64,000 bases of DNA from contig JBBTSE010000007.1 in NCBI GenBank assembly GCA_038064855.1, positions 87,699 through 151,698 of the forward strand, given 5' to 3'. Below the pieces are notes generated by a model. It made no database searches, had not been told where the DNA came from, and was given only the letters and a program-made list of their open reading frames with translations. Shown here piece after piece: positions 37,200-47,395 of this stretch (position 1 is its first letter; each line of letters starts with the position of its first letter). This DNA is from Patescibacteria group bacterium. GTDB lineage: Bacteria > Patescibacteriota > Minisyncoccia > Ryanbacterales > GWA2-47-10b. The translations under genes and the position numbers were made by a program.

Positions 37200-38450
37200 T
37201 TAGAGGTATTCGAGTGGATTGAGATAACCACCAGCTGGTACCATACCGCAGTGTTTGGTCTTGGCGAGCCGATACGTATTGGTGGCATATACCGTAAAAT
37301 GCAGGTGCGGACCCGTCACATAGCCGGTATCACCCGCAAATCCTACCAGATCTCCCCTCTTGACCTCTTGTCCCTTTTTGACCGAAATTCCCGAGAAGTG
37401 CGCATAGAGTGTCGAGAGATTATTGGGGTGCTCAATGATCACCCACCGACCGTAAGAGCCTCCCGGGCAGAGGGTGTCGGTATTACCGAAGTCTTTGATT
37501 ATACCCGCCTCCGAGGCCAAAATTCGGGCTCCTATGGCCGCCTTAAAGTCGACACCGTTGTGACCATTACCTTTATAGACATCAGATCCTTGGGTTGTCG
37601 CAAACTCAGTAAACCCAAAGCCCTGGGTTACTTTGGGGTCTTCAACCGGCCAGCCCAGCACTCCTGCCCGTTTTGAGGGCAATAGTGACGGGTCGATAGA
37701 GCGGCGCAATTCGTCTTCAACAGCTTGAAGCTCTTTTTGTATGAGTGCGCGTTTTTCTGCCCGTTCGCGCAAAAGTTGTTGGTATTTTGTTTCTTGGTTT
37801 TTGCTCTCGGAAAGTAGTTTTGATTTTGATTGGTTGATAGTTTCTTGTACTGATTTGCGTCCAGTCAAATTTTTGCGTTGCGAGAGGAGTTCTTCTTCTT
37901 CGCGTTTTTTGCGCTCCGCCTCGGTCTCTAAGCTTTCTTTGTGTTTGCGGAGTGAGACCAAGCTTTGACCAAGTTGTTCTTGTACCGCTTCAGATGCTTC
38001 GCGTTTTTCAAAAAATTCAGAGAGCGATCCATATCCTGCCAATATCTCAATCATAGAGGTATCGTCTTCTTCGTACAAAGATCTGACGAGCGAACCGAGT
38101 ACTTCTTTTTCTGTATCTATTACTGCTTTTTTCTCACCAATCTCAATATCAAGTTCTTCGAGGCGTAGTTCGGTGCGCTGTATCTGCTGTTCGGTGAGCT
38201 TGATGTCAGTATTGATCTTCTTTATCTGTGTCTCAAGTTTTTTAATCTCACCTTTGAGTGTTTGTGATTGATTTGATTGTTTGTCGAGCGCGTCTTGGTA
38301 TTGGGCGATTTCGGCTTCAAGTTTTTTTATTTCTGACTCTCTGCCAGATATTTTTGTGCGTAGTTCGTCTACTGATGCGGAGCCAGCGATAAACGGAAAA
38401 ACAACAAGAACAAGCGCGGGAATGATAGCGAGACGGTGTAAGCTACGCAT
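37200..38450 (-). CDS. M23/LytM-family peptidase with N-terminal coiled-coil (EnvC-like)
   Basis: Signal peptide, long coiled coil, C-terminal M23 motifs HNGVDF ... GDTGYVTGPHLHF. Confidence 0.8.
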   Translation of the reverse strand: MRSLHRLAIIPALVLVVFPFIAGSASVDELRTKISGRESEIKKLEAEIAQYQDALDKQSNQSQTLKGEIKKLETQIKKINTDIKLTEQQIQRTELRLEELDIEIGEKKAVIDTEKEVLGSLVRSLYEEDDTSMIEILAGYGSLSEFFEKREASEAVQEQLGQSLVSLRKHKESLETEAERKKREEEELLSQRKNLTGRKSVQETINQSKSKLLSESKNQETKYQQLLRERAEKRALIQKELQAVEDELRRSIDPSLLPSKRAGVLGWPVEDPKVTQGFGFTEFATTQGSDVYKGNGHNGVDFKAAIGARILASEAGIIKDFGNTDTLCPGGSYGRWVIIEHPNNLSTLYAHFSGISVKKGQEVKRGDLVGFAGDTGYVTGPHLHFTVYATNTYRLAKTKHCGMVPAGGYLNPLEYL

Positions 38451-39819
38451 CGAGTTTCTCGATAGCGTATTGTATGCGCCTATGTATCTCGTCGAGTCCA
38501 AAGGCGCTCAAAAGTTCGTAGGGTCCGGGTGAGACGGCGCGACCCGAAAGAGCCGTGCGTAGCGGCCAGAGTACTGTGCCTGTGCCTTCTTTTTCTATAA
38601 GGGGTTTCAAGTTTTGTTCAGCGGTTTCTGGGTCAGTGAGAGTTTCTAAAATAGTTTTTAGTATCTCTTTTGCTTTTGCATGTCCCAATTTTCCTTTCCA
38701 TAAAAGTAGATCAGCATCATAGTCAGGTAGTTCGAGTATATCTCTTATCGCTAAGTCTACTTCGGTAAGTTTGGTGATGCGTGGCAGTACCGCAAGTATA
38801 TATTGTGAGACGCGCAATCCGAGCTTTTGTTTGGTAGTAGGGTTTATAAAGGGTTCGGCACGCCTTACTTTTTCTTCGGGCGAGAGTCGTTTGATATGTT
38901 CGCGGTTGAGCCAATCAAGCTTTTGGGTATCGACAATGGCGCCACCACGCTGCGCGCGTGTGATATCAAATTCTTTAATAATAGTTTCGAGATCTAATAT
39001 CTCGCCTACTTCGTCTTTAGGGTGCCAGCCAAGCATGGCAATAAAATTAATCAATGCCTCGCGGATATATCCTGCATCACGATACTCCCCTACTGATACC
39101 GCTCCATTGCGTTTTGAAAGTTTGGTACGATCTTTGGCAAGCAACAATGGCAAGTGCGCCCACGCAGGCTCACTAAAACCCAGTGCGTGGCCAATCATGA
39201 TTTGTTTCGGTGTGTTGGTAATGTGGTCATCGCCTCGGATAACATGTGATATTTTCATCTCATAGTCATCAATAGTTACTACAAAGTTATAGAGCGGTTC
39301 GTCAAGATTTTTTGCAAGTGAAATATCACCAAATAACTGTGGGTCATAGGTAATATCACCGCGGATCATATCGTGGATAACGATGGGTTCGCGCTCATCG
39401 TTACGAAGGCGTATGATGCCCGCGGTTTTACCTTCATCACGATGCTTACAGATGTGACGCGGAGGTTCTTTGGCTTCGCGCTGGCGCTCACCCTCTGCTT
39501 CAAGCTCTTCAGTAGTATGTGCGCACCAAAATGCCTTTTTCTCGCTTAGTAGGTTTTGTAAATACTCCCTATGGCATATGATGTTTTCGGATTGACGATG
39601 AAATTCATCGTTATCGAGTCCAAGCCACGCGAGGCCTTGTATGATGTCATCTTCAAATTCTTTTTTAGATCGCTCTTTATCGGTGTTCTCGATGCGTAGT
39701 AAAAAAATGCCTCCATGTTGTTTGGCAAAAATAAAATTGAAAAGCGCGGTGCGTGCCGTACCGATATGCATAAAGCCAGTCGGAGAAGGCGCGATGCGTA
39801 CGCGTACTGGTTTATTCAT
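38443..39819 (-). CDS. gltX: glutamyl-tRNA synthetase
   Basis: Class I HIGH (SPTGFMHIGTART) and KMSKS (KLSKRNG) motifs; start at internal Met MNKPVRVRIAPSPTG. Confidence 0.9.
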   Translation of the reverse strand: MNKPVRVRIAPSPTGFMHIGTARTALFNFIFAKQHGGIFLLRIENTDKERSKKEFEDDIIQGLAWLGLDNDEFHRQSENIICHREYLQNLLSEKKAFWCAHTTEELEAEGERQREAKEPPRHICKHRDEGKTAGIIRLRNDEREPIVIHDMIRGDITYDPQLFGDISLAKNLDEPLYNFVVTIDDYEMKISHVIRGDDHITNTPKQIMIGHALGFSEPAWAHLPLLLAKDRTKLSKRNGAVSVGEYRDAGYIREALINFIAMLGWHPKDEVGEILDLETIIKEFDITRAQRGGAIVDTQKLDWLNREHIKRLSPEEKVRRAEPFINPTTKQKLGLRVSQYILAVLPRITKLTEVDLAIRDILELPDYDADLLLWKGKLGHAKAKEILKTILETLTDPETAEQNLKPLIEKEGTGTVLWPLRTALSGRAVSPGPYELLSAFGLDEIHRRIQYAIEKLDA

Positions 39820-40936
39820 GGATACCAAGACGAATGAGCTCAAGGGCGATTTTGCGTGACGCATCAATACGGGCAAAGGTACCAGCGGCCTGCTTCATCT
39901 CTGCTGCGCGTGCAGTGTCCGTAAGAATTTTCTGGATTTCCGATATCAATATGTGCGGAGTGAGATTTGCTTCTTCGATGACGATGGCCGCACCCGTGCG
40001 CGCGTAGTTATAGGCATTTTCGCGCTGATGATTTTGAGCCGAGTCAGTGATGGGTACGAGAATTGCTGGCAAGTGCCACGCAGCAAGCTCAAAAATACCA
40101 CCAGCGCCCGCGCGCGATACCGCTACATTGGACACAAACGCGGCATTGCGTAGTTGGCTTGCGGTCATGAGTGGAAAATGATGGTAGCGTGATTTGTGAG
40201 GCGAGCTACCCAATGCCACTTCTGCTTCTTTGGCAACCATGTCATGGTTGAGGAGTCCTGTCGAATGAATAATCTGAAACTTTTCTACCATCTCAGGAAG
40301 TACTGAAAGTAGTAGATCGTTTATTTTTTGCGCACCCAGTGATCCACCCAACACAAGTACGATGGGTACGCCAGTCTCAAGATTAAAAATACCATACGCC
40401 TCATCTGATGACCCGCCCAAAATACCAGGGCGTATCGGATTACCCAAGAGCGCTACCTTGTCGGGCGGAAAATGTTTGGCCGCTTCAGGAAATGACACGC
40501 CGATACGCCGTGCGAATTTTGCCGCCCAGGTATTAACCACGCCCGGTATCGCATCTGACTCGTGGATCATGACGGGTATGTGATAGAAGCGCGCAGCAAC
40601 AAGTACCGGAAACGCGTCGTATCCACCTTTTGAAAAAATAATATCAGGTGGACGAATAGTAAACTTCCAGAGCGCACGAAAAATACCGCGCAGTGTTTTG
40701 ATACTGTCAGAAAAATTGAGCAGTGAAAAATATCGGCGCATTTTGCCCGCGGGTATCATCTCAAATGAGATTGATTCTTCGCGCATCACCTCGGGGTCAA
40801 AAGGTTTATCGCCCATCAATACGAGATCGAGAGATACGATGCGTTCCTCTTCTGCGATATCACGGAGCGAGCGAGCGACCGCCATAAGGGGGTAAAAATG
40901 TCCGCCCGTACCTCCGCCCAAGAGTACTATTTTCAT
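39812..40936 (-). CDS. murG: UDP-GlcNAc:undecaprenyl-PP-MurNAc-pentapeptide GlcNAc transferase
   Basis: MKIVLLGGGTGGHFYPLMAVARSL N-terminal GT28 motif; dcw position. Confidence 0.9.
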   Translation of the reverse strand: MKIVLLGGGTGGHFYPLMAVARSLRDIAEEERIVSLDLVLMGDKPFDPEVMREESISFEMIPAGKMRRYFSLLNFSDSIKTLRGIFRALWKFTIRPPDIIFSKGGYDAFPVLVAARFYHIPVMIHESDAIPGVVNTWAAKFARRIGVSFPEAAKHFPPDKVALLGNPIRPGILGGSSDEAYGIFNLETGVPIVLVLGGSLGAQKINDLLLSVLPEMVEKFQIIHSTGLLNHDMVAKEAEVALGSSPHKSRYHHFPLMTASQLRNAAFVSNVAVSRAGAGGIFELAAWHLPAILVPITDSAQNHQRENAYNYARTGAAIVIEEANLTPHILISEIQKILTDTARAAEMKQAAGTFARIDASRKIALELIRLGIHE

Positions 40937-42024
40937 AGGTGTTTGCGTTTTGAAATTTGCACAAGCACGCCCATTTCAAAAAGGAGAAATGCGACAGCAG
41001 TGCCGCCCAAGCTCATAAAAGGCAACGGAATGCCGGTAAGCGGCAAAAGGCCAGAGAGTGCCGCAGTATTGATAATAACTTGCGTGACAACCAGCAGGGT
41101 GATGCCAGATGCGAGAAGCTGGGTAAAGGGATCGCGCGTATGTGCTGATGCCAGCATACCACGAACGGTAAAGAGAAAAAAGGCGCCGATGAGTATGATG
41201 ACTCCTATAAATCCGTACTCTTCGGCGAACACTGCGAATATCGCGTCACCGTCAGGTTCAGGTAAATAAAATTTCTGTCGCGAAAGACCGACTCCCCTAC
41301 CCCAGAGCCCACCTGATCCTATCGCGAGTCGCGCTTGATTTATTTGATAACCGATACCTTGCGGATCAATGTCGGGATCCATAAACACAAGCAAGCGATT
41401 TATCCGGTAGGGTTCGATAGATATCGCTACCCCTAACAAGAACGCACCCAAAAGAAAAATAAGTCCCACCTGTCGCATGCGCCCACCACCCATAATAAAC
41501 ATACCAAGCGCGGTACATGCGATAACCCCAAAGGTTCCCAGGTCAGACTCAAACAACACAAAACTTCCTACAATACCGGTGATAGCAAGAAAAGGTATGA
41601 GGCCTGATAGAAAGCTGGTAAGGTCTTTGCGCCGCGAATGAATCCAAGCAGCAAGATACGCGATAAAGGTAAATTTGAGTACCTCGGAGGGTTGAAATGA
41701 AAATCCACCAATCACAATCCAACGCGTTGATCCGCCCACCGTAAGACTGATACTTGGGATGGTAAACATCGCGAGCATGATAAGGAGACTTCCGATCAAG
41801 AGCAACGGCGCACTTTTTTTCCATAGTGCTAGTGGTGCGCGGAGACCTATCATAAAAAAAATACCACCGAGTCCGAAGCCAAAGACGAGCTGGCGCAAAA
41901 AATATGAATACGAATTGCCAAAATGCCGTACTGAACGCGGCGCCGATGCTGATGCAAAAGTAATAATGCCTACCAGGAGAAGAAAGGCGATCACACCCAA
42001 CAATAGTTTGTCCGTGTGTTTCAT
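40933..42024 (-). CDS. ftsW: SEDS-family peptidoglycan polymerase FtsW/RodA
   Basis: 10-TM SEDS protein, 363 aa, between murD and murG. Confidence 0.85.
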   Translation of the reverse strand: MKHTDKLLLGVIAFLLLVGIITFASASAPRSVRHFGNSYSYFLRQLVFGFGLGGIFFMIGLRAPLALWKKSAPLLLIGSLLIMLAMFTIPSISLTVGGSTRWIVIGGFSFQPSEVLKFTFIAYLAAWIHSRRKDLTSFLSGLIPFLAITGIVGSFVLFESDLGTFGVIACTALGMFIMGGGRMRQVGLIFLLGAFLLGVAISIEPYRINRLLVFMDPDIDPQGIGYQINQARLAIGSGGLWGRGVGLSRQKFYLPEPDGDAIFAVFAEEYGFIGVIILIGAFFLFTVRGMLASAHTRDPFTQLLASGITLLVVTQVIINTAALSGLLPLTGIPLPFMSLGGTAVAFLLFEMGVLVQISKRKHL

Positions 42025-43451
42025 TATCGTTGCAAGCGTTTTACTGCTTTTTGAAATTGAGCGCTCCGGTCGTATTCATTACGAAACATATTGAAGCTCG
42101 TAGCGCCCGGCAAAAGTACTACTGCGCCTTTGGTGTGTTGAGCTAGACGCACCGCCTCTGTCATAGTTTTCGCACGCTCTACGGTACCGATATATTTCTT
42201 GAGCTTCACACTCAATGATCCTGGAAAGAGTATGACGCGCGGATGATATTTTTTGATAGCATCGCCGTACACACGGATATCTTTATCGGGAAATTTTTTG
42301 TCTTCACCTCCAGCGATAATTGTGATCGTCTCCCACTTTTTGGCAATCGCGGCAAGAGAAAACGCTGCAGCCCCCGGACTCGTCGAGGTAGTGTCATCGA
42401 TAAATACGGTAGTGCGCGTTGTGCGTATTATCTCAAGTCTACTCGCGGGTGCATTAAATGATACGAGGCGCTTTTTGATAACGCTATCTGACATGCCGAA
42501 TGACCGTGCGACAGCAACTGCGAGTGCTATCGCGGGGCGCGAGACGCGCCATGATACTTTTTTCTCATAGTTTGGAAGTTGGTGCCCGCTGACCCACAAG
42601 CGTTTTCCTCGGTATGCTTTGGGAAAGTGACGCGCAAGCTCAGAGTCGTACCACACAAACGCGCGATCTTTTTGTGTGTGTTTCGCCACGATATGCATTT
42701 TTGCTTTTGCGTACGCGGCAAACGATCCGTAGCGATTAAGATGGTCAGCAAAGAGTGATGTGATGACAGCATTGGAAGGTCCGCGCGAGACAAGATCAAG
42801 ATCAAAGCTTGAAAATTCAGCTACAATCCAACGAGGGAGCGTGCGTGTTTTGAAAATATCAAAAAACGATACGCCGGGTGTACCGACAGCGATCGCATCT
42901 TTACCTAAGAGGTGTTTGATTAAAAGAGTTGTCGTCGTCTTGCCCTTGGTACCCGTGACACCAATAATGCGTCCGTGTGATACGAGTGTCAGAAAAAGAT
43001 CGGCATCGTTAGTGATAGGAATCTTTTTCTTTTTTGCCGCGCGGATAAATGGCGATTCGAGTGGCACGGCAGGATTTTTAATGATAAGATCTGCGTCGCG
43101 TATATCCTGCATAGTATGTTTGCCGAGCGTATAGCGTATGCGTGGATATTTTTTGAGTTGTGCGAGTGATGTCGCAAGTTCTTTTTTTGATCGCAAATCA
43201 GTGACTGTGAGTGTATAGCCAAGGTCAGCCAAAAAACGCGCGACGCCAACTCCCCCACCGAGCGCGCCGAGTCCTAAGATGAGTATATGTGGATCGCGCT
43301 TACCCGCGACGAAGAATTTTGCCCGCAAGCGCTCCCGTAGGAACTCCTTTTTCGATTGCAAGCCGTCCGTTGATGAAGACATGTTCGATGCCCGTTGGAT
43401 ATTGATAAGGTGCGCTGTAGGTCGCGATATCGCGAATACCGTCAGGGTCAA
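42024..43451 (-). CDS. murD: UDP-N-acetylmuramoylalanine--D-glutamate ligase
   Basis: Rossmann ILILGLGALGGGV then Mur P-loop GVTGTKGKTTTTLL; true start may be internal (Met at ~43382) because the 43451 start overlaps upstream gene by ~150 nt. Confidence 0.85.
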   Translation of the reverse strand: MTLTVFAISRPTAHLINIQRASNMSSSTDGLQSKKEFLRERLRAKFFVAGKRDPHILILGLGALGGGVGVARFLADLGYTLTVTDLRSKKELATSLAQLKKYPRIRYTLGKHTMQDIRDADLIIKNPAVPLESPFIRAAKKKKIPITNDADLFLTLVSHGRIIGVTGTKGKTTTTLLIKHLLGKDAIAVGTPGVSFFDIFKTRTLPRWIVAEFSSFDLDLVSRGPSNAVITSLFADHLNRYGSFAAYAKAKMHIVAKHTQKDRAFVWYDSELARHFPKAYRGKRLWVSGHQLPNYEKKVSWRVSRPAIALAVAVARSFGMSDSVIKKRLVSFNAPASRLEIIRTTRTTVFIDDTTSTSPGAAAFSLAAIAKKWETITIIAGGEDKKFPDKDIRVYGDAIKKYHPRVILFPGSLSVKLKKYIGTVERAKTMTEAVRLAQHTKGAVVLLPGATSFNMFRNEYDRSAQFQKAVKRLQR

Positions 43452-44877
43452 TGACTACGATATCTGCCAGCGCGCCTTTTTTAATCGACCCGCGTTCTCC
43501 CGCGATACCAAGATGTGCCGCAGGTACCGCTGTCATACGCTTGATAGCTTCTTCCCATGAAAATATTTTTGACTTTCGCACGAGACGATCGATATACCGA
43601 GGCGCAGCACCATACGAGCGCGGGTGCGTCAAATCTTTGCGTCCCTTTGGATCGCCTACGCCGTCGGAGGCAAACATACTATAAGACTCCTTGGCGATGG
43701 TGACGAGATGTCTACTTTTGAGTGTTTTTGAAAAAATAGTGACACTCAAACCATTGACGATCAATATCTGGATGAGGGTTTCTTCTGGCGAAAGTCCTGA
43801 TTGGGCGGAGATCTCCGCGATACTTTTACCGATTATTTTTTTGTCTTTTTGCGCTTCGGCTATCACAATATTGTCGTAATGGAGTGTCAGACTGCGCACC
43901 GTTTCAAGGATTGATTCGCGCTTGTGCTGATCAGAAAGCATTGCCATACTCTTTGCTTGATCTCCCTCCATAATCCATTCGGGTAGAAGATTTGAAAGAA
44001 GCGATCCAGTGCGAAGATATGGAAAAAAGTCCGCTGATATCGGCAAGTTTTCATATTTACGCGCCTTACGGATGATGGCGAGCACTTTGGGAAAATCTTG
44101 CCATGCCTTTCTGCCAATCGCTTTGAAATGAGCGATGTGTACCTGCGCGCCCGAAGACCGTGCGAGATTGATGACTTCAGCGACCGACGAGAGGATCCTA
44201 CGACCTTCGTTGCGCATATGGACACTCACTACTTTGCCTGCGTCCGCGACAATGCGTGCAAGCTCGATGATTTCTTCTTGAATGGCAAGTGTATTTGGTA
44301 TGTGCGCCAAGCCGATTGAAAGCCCAAACGCGCCTTCATCGAGCGATCGTTTGAGTAAAAGTTTCATTGATTCGAGCTCTTGACGCGTGAGCTCACGCGC
44401 GTCATCGTCAGTGATGTTGTGGCGAAGCGTTGAATATCCAACCAGACTGCCCATGTTGACACCCATCGGATGCTTATCAAGTTCGCCATAAAATTCTTCC
44501 ATACTGCGCCAGTTGATATTAAAATTTGATATGTCGGTCCATTTTTGGATGGAGCTTATAGCTTTCTGATCGACAAGAGGAGCGAGTGACGATCCACATG
44601 CGCCGCCGATGACAGTGGTAATGCCTTGCGCGAGCAAATTTTCTTGCGCGGGGTAGGTAAAGATCGTCCAGTGTGTATCCGAATGATTGGTCACATCAAT
44701 AAATCCAGGCACGATGTATTTGCCCGCGGCGTCGATGACACGCGTTGCCCGCCCCCTACCTACTGCGCCAACTTCTTTTATAATCTCGCCGGAAATACCA
44801 ATATCACCGCGGTACATAGGAAAACCCGAACCGTCGATGATGGTGCCCCCTCTAATGATATATGAATACGCTGCCAT
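43300..44877 (-). CDS. amidohydrolase-3 family enzyme (N-acyl-D-amino-acid deacylase/D-aminoacylase-like)
   Basis: N-term IIRGGTIIDGSG...PGFIDVTNHSDTHW metal-binding HxH-like motif and overall 525-aa D-aminoacylase architecture; inserted between mraY and murD. Confidence 0.7.
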   Translation of the reverse strand: MAAYSYIIRGGTIIDGSGFPMYRGDIGISGEIIKEVGAVGRGRATRVIDAAGKYIVPGFIDVTNHSDTHWTIFTYPAQENLLAQGITTVIGGACGSSLAPLVDQKAISSIQKWTDISNFNINWRSMEEFYGELDKHPMGVNMGSLVGYSTLRHNITDDDARELTRQELESMKLLLKRSLDEGAFGLSIGLAHIPNTLAIQEEIIELARIVADAGKVVSVHMRNEGRRILSSVAEVINLARSSGAQVHIAHFKAIGRKAWQDFPKVLAIIRKARKYENLPISADFFPYLRTGSLLSNLLPEWIMEGDQAKSMAMLSDQHKRESILETVRSLTLHYDNIVIAEAQKDKKIIGKSIAEISAQSGLSPEETLIQILIVNGLSVTIFSKTLKSRHLVTIAKESYSMFASDGVGDPKGRKDLTHPRSYGAAPRYIDRLVRKSKIFSWEEAIKRMTAVPAAHLGIAGERGSIKKGALADIVVIDPDGIRDIATYSAPYQYPTGIEHVFINGRLAIEKGVPTGALAGKILRRG

Positions 44878-44878
44878 A

Positions 44879-45949
44879 TTATTTGCCGATGAGATGTATC
44901 ACCATACCCATAATCGCACATACAACGCCTACCACCCAAAAACGCATAGTTACTTTGTAGTGAGGCCACCCGAGCGCTTCAAAGTGATGATGAATAGGAG
45001 CCGCCAAAAATACTTTTTTGCCGCGAAATCGCTTTGATGCAATCTGGATGACATTTGAGGCAACCTCGGCTACGAGTGGAAATGCGATGATAGGTAAGAC
45101 CGCGACCGCGCCCGTAAGAAATGCGATAACCGTAAGCATTGAGGTAAGCCCGAGCATACCCGTCTCACCCATATAAAAACGGGCAGGCGGGATGTTGTAC
45201 CAGAGAAAAGCGAGTAGCGCACCGACCGTAACGCCAAGAAAAGTAGCAAGATCAAGTTGCTGCTGAAAAAATGCAATACCACCATAGGCGGCAAGTATTG
45301 AGGCAAATACACCACCAGCCAAACCATCAAGTCCATCAATAACACCGCCCGCAAAGACCGCAAGCATAGTGAGCATAAAAAATGGAATAAAGAGAATACC
45401 AAGCGTTAGATCTCCCCAAAATGGTATATGGATGCCGCGCATCTCGAGTGGCCCATAAAACCACCACGCGCCAACTGCGCCGATGACGAGTACCGCACCA
45501 ATGCGCGCCTTGAGATCCAATCCTCCGCCTACATAGGTATCACGGCCCCGTACTGCCATCCAGTCATCGACGAGGCCTGTGAGCGCGCCCGCGAGTAGGG
45601 CTGCGAGCGGCAGCCATGTTTGGTTTCTTGAAAGGAAATTGAGTTTTGAGAAAAGTGGCCCGCCATACATCCCACCAAGCGCCCAGAGCGCAAGAGTAAT
45701 ACAAACGACAGTACCCCAGATGAGAATACCGCCCATGCGTGGCGTCTCGATACGCGTGCGTTCTTTGAGAATGCCGGAAATAACGAGCGCCTCTTCACCT
45801 GTAGTAGCCCTGCGCGCTATTTGTGGACGCCACATTTTGTACGCGTACAAATAATGTGTCAAAAGCGGAGTCACCAAAAAAGCTACAAAAAAAGAAAGAG
45901 CTGAGAGACCAAAAACCTTTAAAACATCGAGCAATATCGCCTCTTGCAT
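44879..45949 (-). CDS. mraY: phospho-N-acetylmuramoyl-pentapeptide transferase
   Basis: 10-TM protein with MraY-like loops (DDxxD-like region GLVDDW, HHHFE motif PIHHHFE). Confidence 0.9.
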   Translation of the reverse strand: MQEAILLDVLKVFGLSALSFFVAFLVTPLLTHYLYAYKMWRPQIARRATTGEEALVISGILKERTRIETPRMGGILIWGTVVCITLALWALGGMYGGPLFSKLNFLSRNQTWLPLAALLAGALTGLVDDWMAVRGRDTYVGGGLDLKARIGAVLVIGAVGAWWFYGPLEMRGIHIPFWGDLTLGILFIPFFMLTMLAVFAGGVIDGLDGLAGGVFASILAAYGGIAFFQQQLDLATFLGVTVGALLAFLWYNIPPARFYMGETGMLGLTSMLTVIAFLTGAVAVLPIIAFPLVAEVASNVIQIASKRFRGKKVFLAAPIHHHFEALGWPHYKVTMRFWVVGVVCAIMGMVIHLIGK

Positions 45950-45954
45950 ACTCC

Positions 45955-46860
45955 TTATGGTAGCATACCTCCGGTCCGAAGGAGGAGGGATGACGCCTCA
46001 ACGACTCGCTGACTTGGCTCGGCGCCCAAAAGTATGAGTACTTGGGGCCTTCCGAGTATTGGTTCGTAAATAATGATGATTGATTCACCAGCGGTTTCCG
46101 TGGTACCGGTCTTGCTACCTACAAAATTGATAATATACGGCGTCAGAACATTGCTGTTGGTAAGCAGGTGGCCATCTTGTCCAAATGAAACAATTTTTTT
46201 GTCTGCTTCGCGCGATGGTTCCCATAAAATCGGCGTTTTCATCGATGCGCGTATAAGTTTAAGAAGATCGTTTGCTGAAGAAAAATTACTTGACTCGTAG
46301 GTCGGTAAATCAAGGCCAGTAGGATTGCGGTAGAGCGTATCATGCATATCGAGCGTGCGTGCACGCCCATTCATCGCTACTACAAATCGTTCTATCTTTT
46401 CATCAAAGGTCTTACCGCCAAGCCTCTCGCCTACAGTCTCGGCTATCGCCATCGCCATATCATTTGATGATGGCATCATGAGCGCATAGAGTGCATCACG
46501 CAGGGCAAATACTTCGCCTTCATGAAAATTTCCCACCTCACCTTGCGTCCCTACTGCTTCTTTTGAAAGAATGATCGGCGTGTTGAGTGGCAAAATCTCA
46601 AGTGCCAATAAACCCGTCATGACTTTGGTGATGCTCGCGATTGGCCTGCGTTCACCCGTGGCCCGCTCTGCTGTACGCCAGGTGCCACCAAGATCCGCTA
46701 CCAGCACGCTTTGTGCGGTATAGGTGCTATCGAGTACCACATGGGCTGGCGGAGGCAATGGTACCAACGGCTCTGCGGGAGGTGCGAGTGCAGGAATGAT
46801 AATACCAAAAGCGGCCAAAAAGCCCGCGACAACCGTGACAGCACTTGGAAAATCACTCAT
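45955..46860 (-). CDS. D-alanyl-D-alanine carboxypeptidase (S11, PBP5/6-like)
   Basis: Signal/TM N-term; SITK (SxxK), SSN (SxN), KTGTT (KTG) motifs. Confidence 0.8.
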   Translation of the reverse strand: MSDFPSAVTVVAGFLAAFGIIIPALAPPAEPLVPLPPPAHVVLDSTYTAQSVLVADLGGTWRTAERATGERRPIASITKVMTGLLALEILPLNTPIILSKEAVGTQGEVGNFHEGEVFALRDALYALMMPSSNDMAMAIAETVGERLGGKTFDEKIERFVVAMNGRARTLDMHDTLYRNPTGLDLPTYESSNFSSANDLLKLIRASMKTPILWEPSREADKKIVSFGQDGHLLTNSNVLTPYIINFVGSKTGTTETAGESIIIIYEPILGRPQVLILLGAEPSQRVVEASSLLLRTGGMLP

Positions 46861-47395
46861 GGTCTTTGAGGTCTTTTGCTATATCGTCGTAGCTGGGTAA
46901 CTCCGCGCTTGATGTAATACCAAGGTATTTGAAAAGATCGAGTGTCGGGCGATACAAAAAGACGCGCGCATCTTGTTCGTCTTGTGAGCGTTCGATGAGT
47001 CCGCGAATGAGAAGCGCGCGGAGTGCAAATGCCGAGTTGACGCCACGCACATAATCAATAGCTGAGCGTGATACGCGGCCTTTCCATAAAATAATCGCGA
47101 GCGTCTCGAGCTGTGAGCGCGTCAGATCCCCCTCGAGTCGTTCTTTAGCGATGCGGCCTGATACTTCACTAGTCTCGGGCGCGGTGACGAGCGTATAAGT
47201 ATCTTCACTCTGCAAAAGCCGTATACCGTGATCGGCAAGACTTTCTTTGAGTATCTCGAGTGTCTTGGCTACCTCGCGCTTGTCAGCGCGAGAAAGACGC
47301 GCCAAATCTTTGAGTGCCAATGGCTCGCCTGACACAAATAAAAGCGCTTCGAGTGACTGGGGTAGATTATTGTTATTCTGTTCGTCCATGTTCAA
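46853..47395 (-). CDS. scpB: segregation and condensation protein B
   Basis: Two winged-helix repeats (LEALLFVSGEPLALKDLARL...); downstream of scpA. Confidence 0.85.
   Translation of the reverse strand: MNMDEQNNNNLPQSLEALLFVSGEPLALKDLARLSRADKREVAKTLEILKESLADHGIRLLQSEDTYTLVTAPETSEVSGRIAKERLEGDLTRSQLETLAIILWKGRVSRSAIDYVRGVNSAFALRALLIRGLIERSQDEQDARVFLYRPTLDLFKYLGITSSAELPSYDDIAKDLKDHE

Noticed and set aside
37155-37676. 173-aa + ORF antisense to M23 peptidase gene
   Set aside because: The opposite strand encodes a clear LytM/M23 domain. This frame has no recognisable features.
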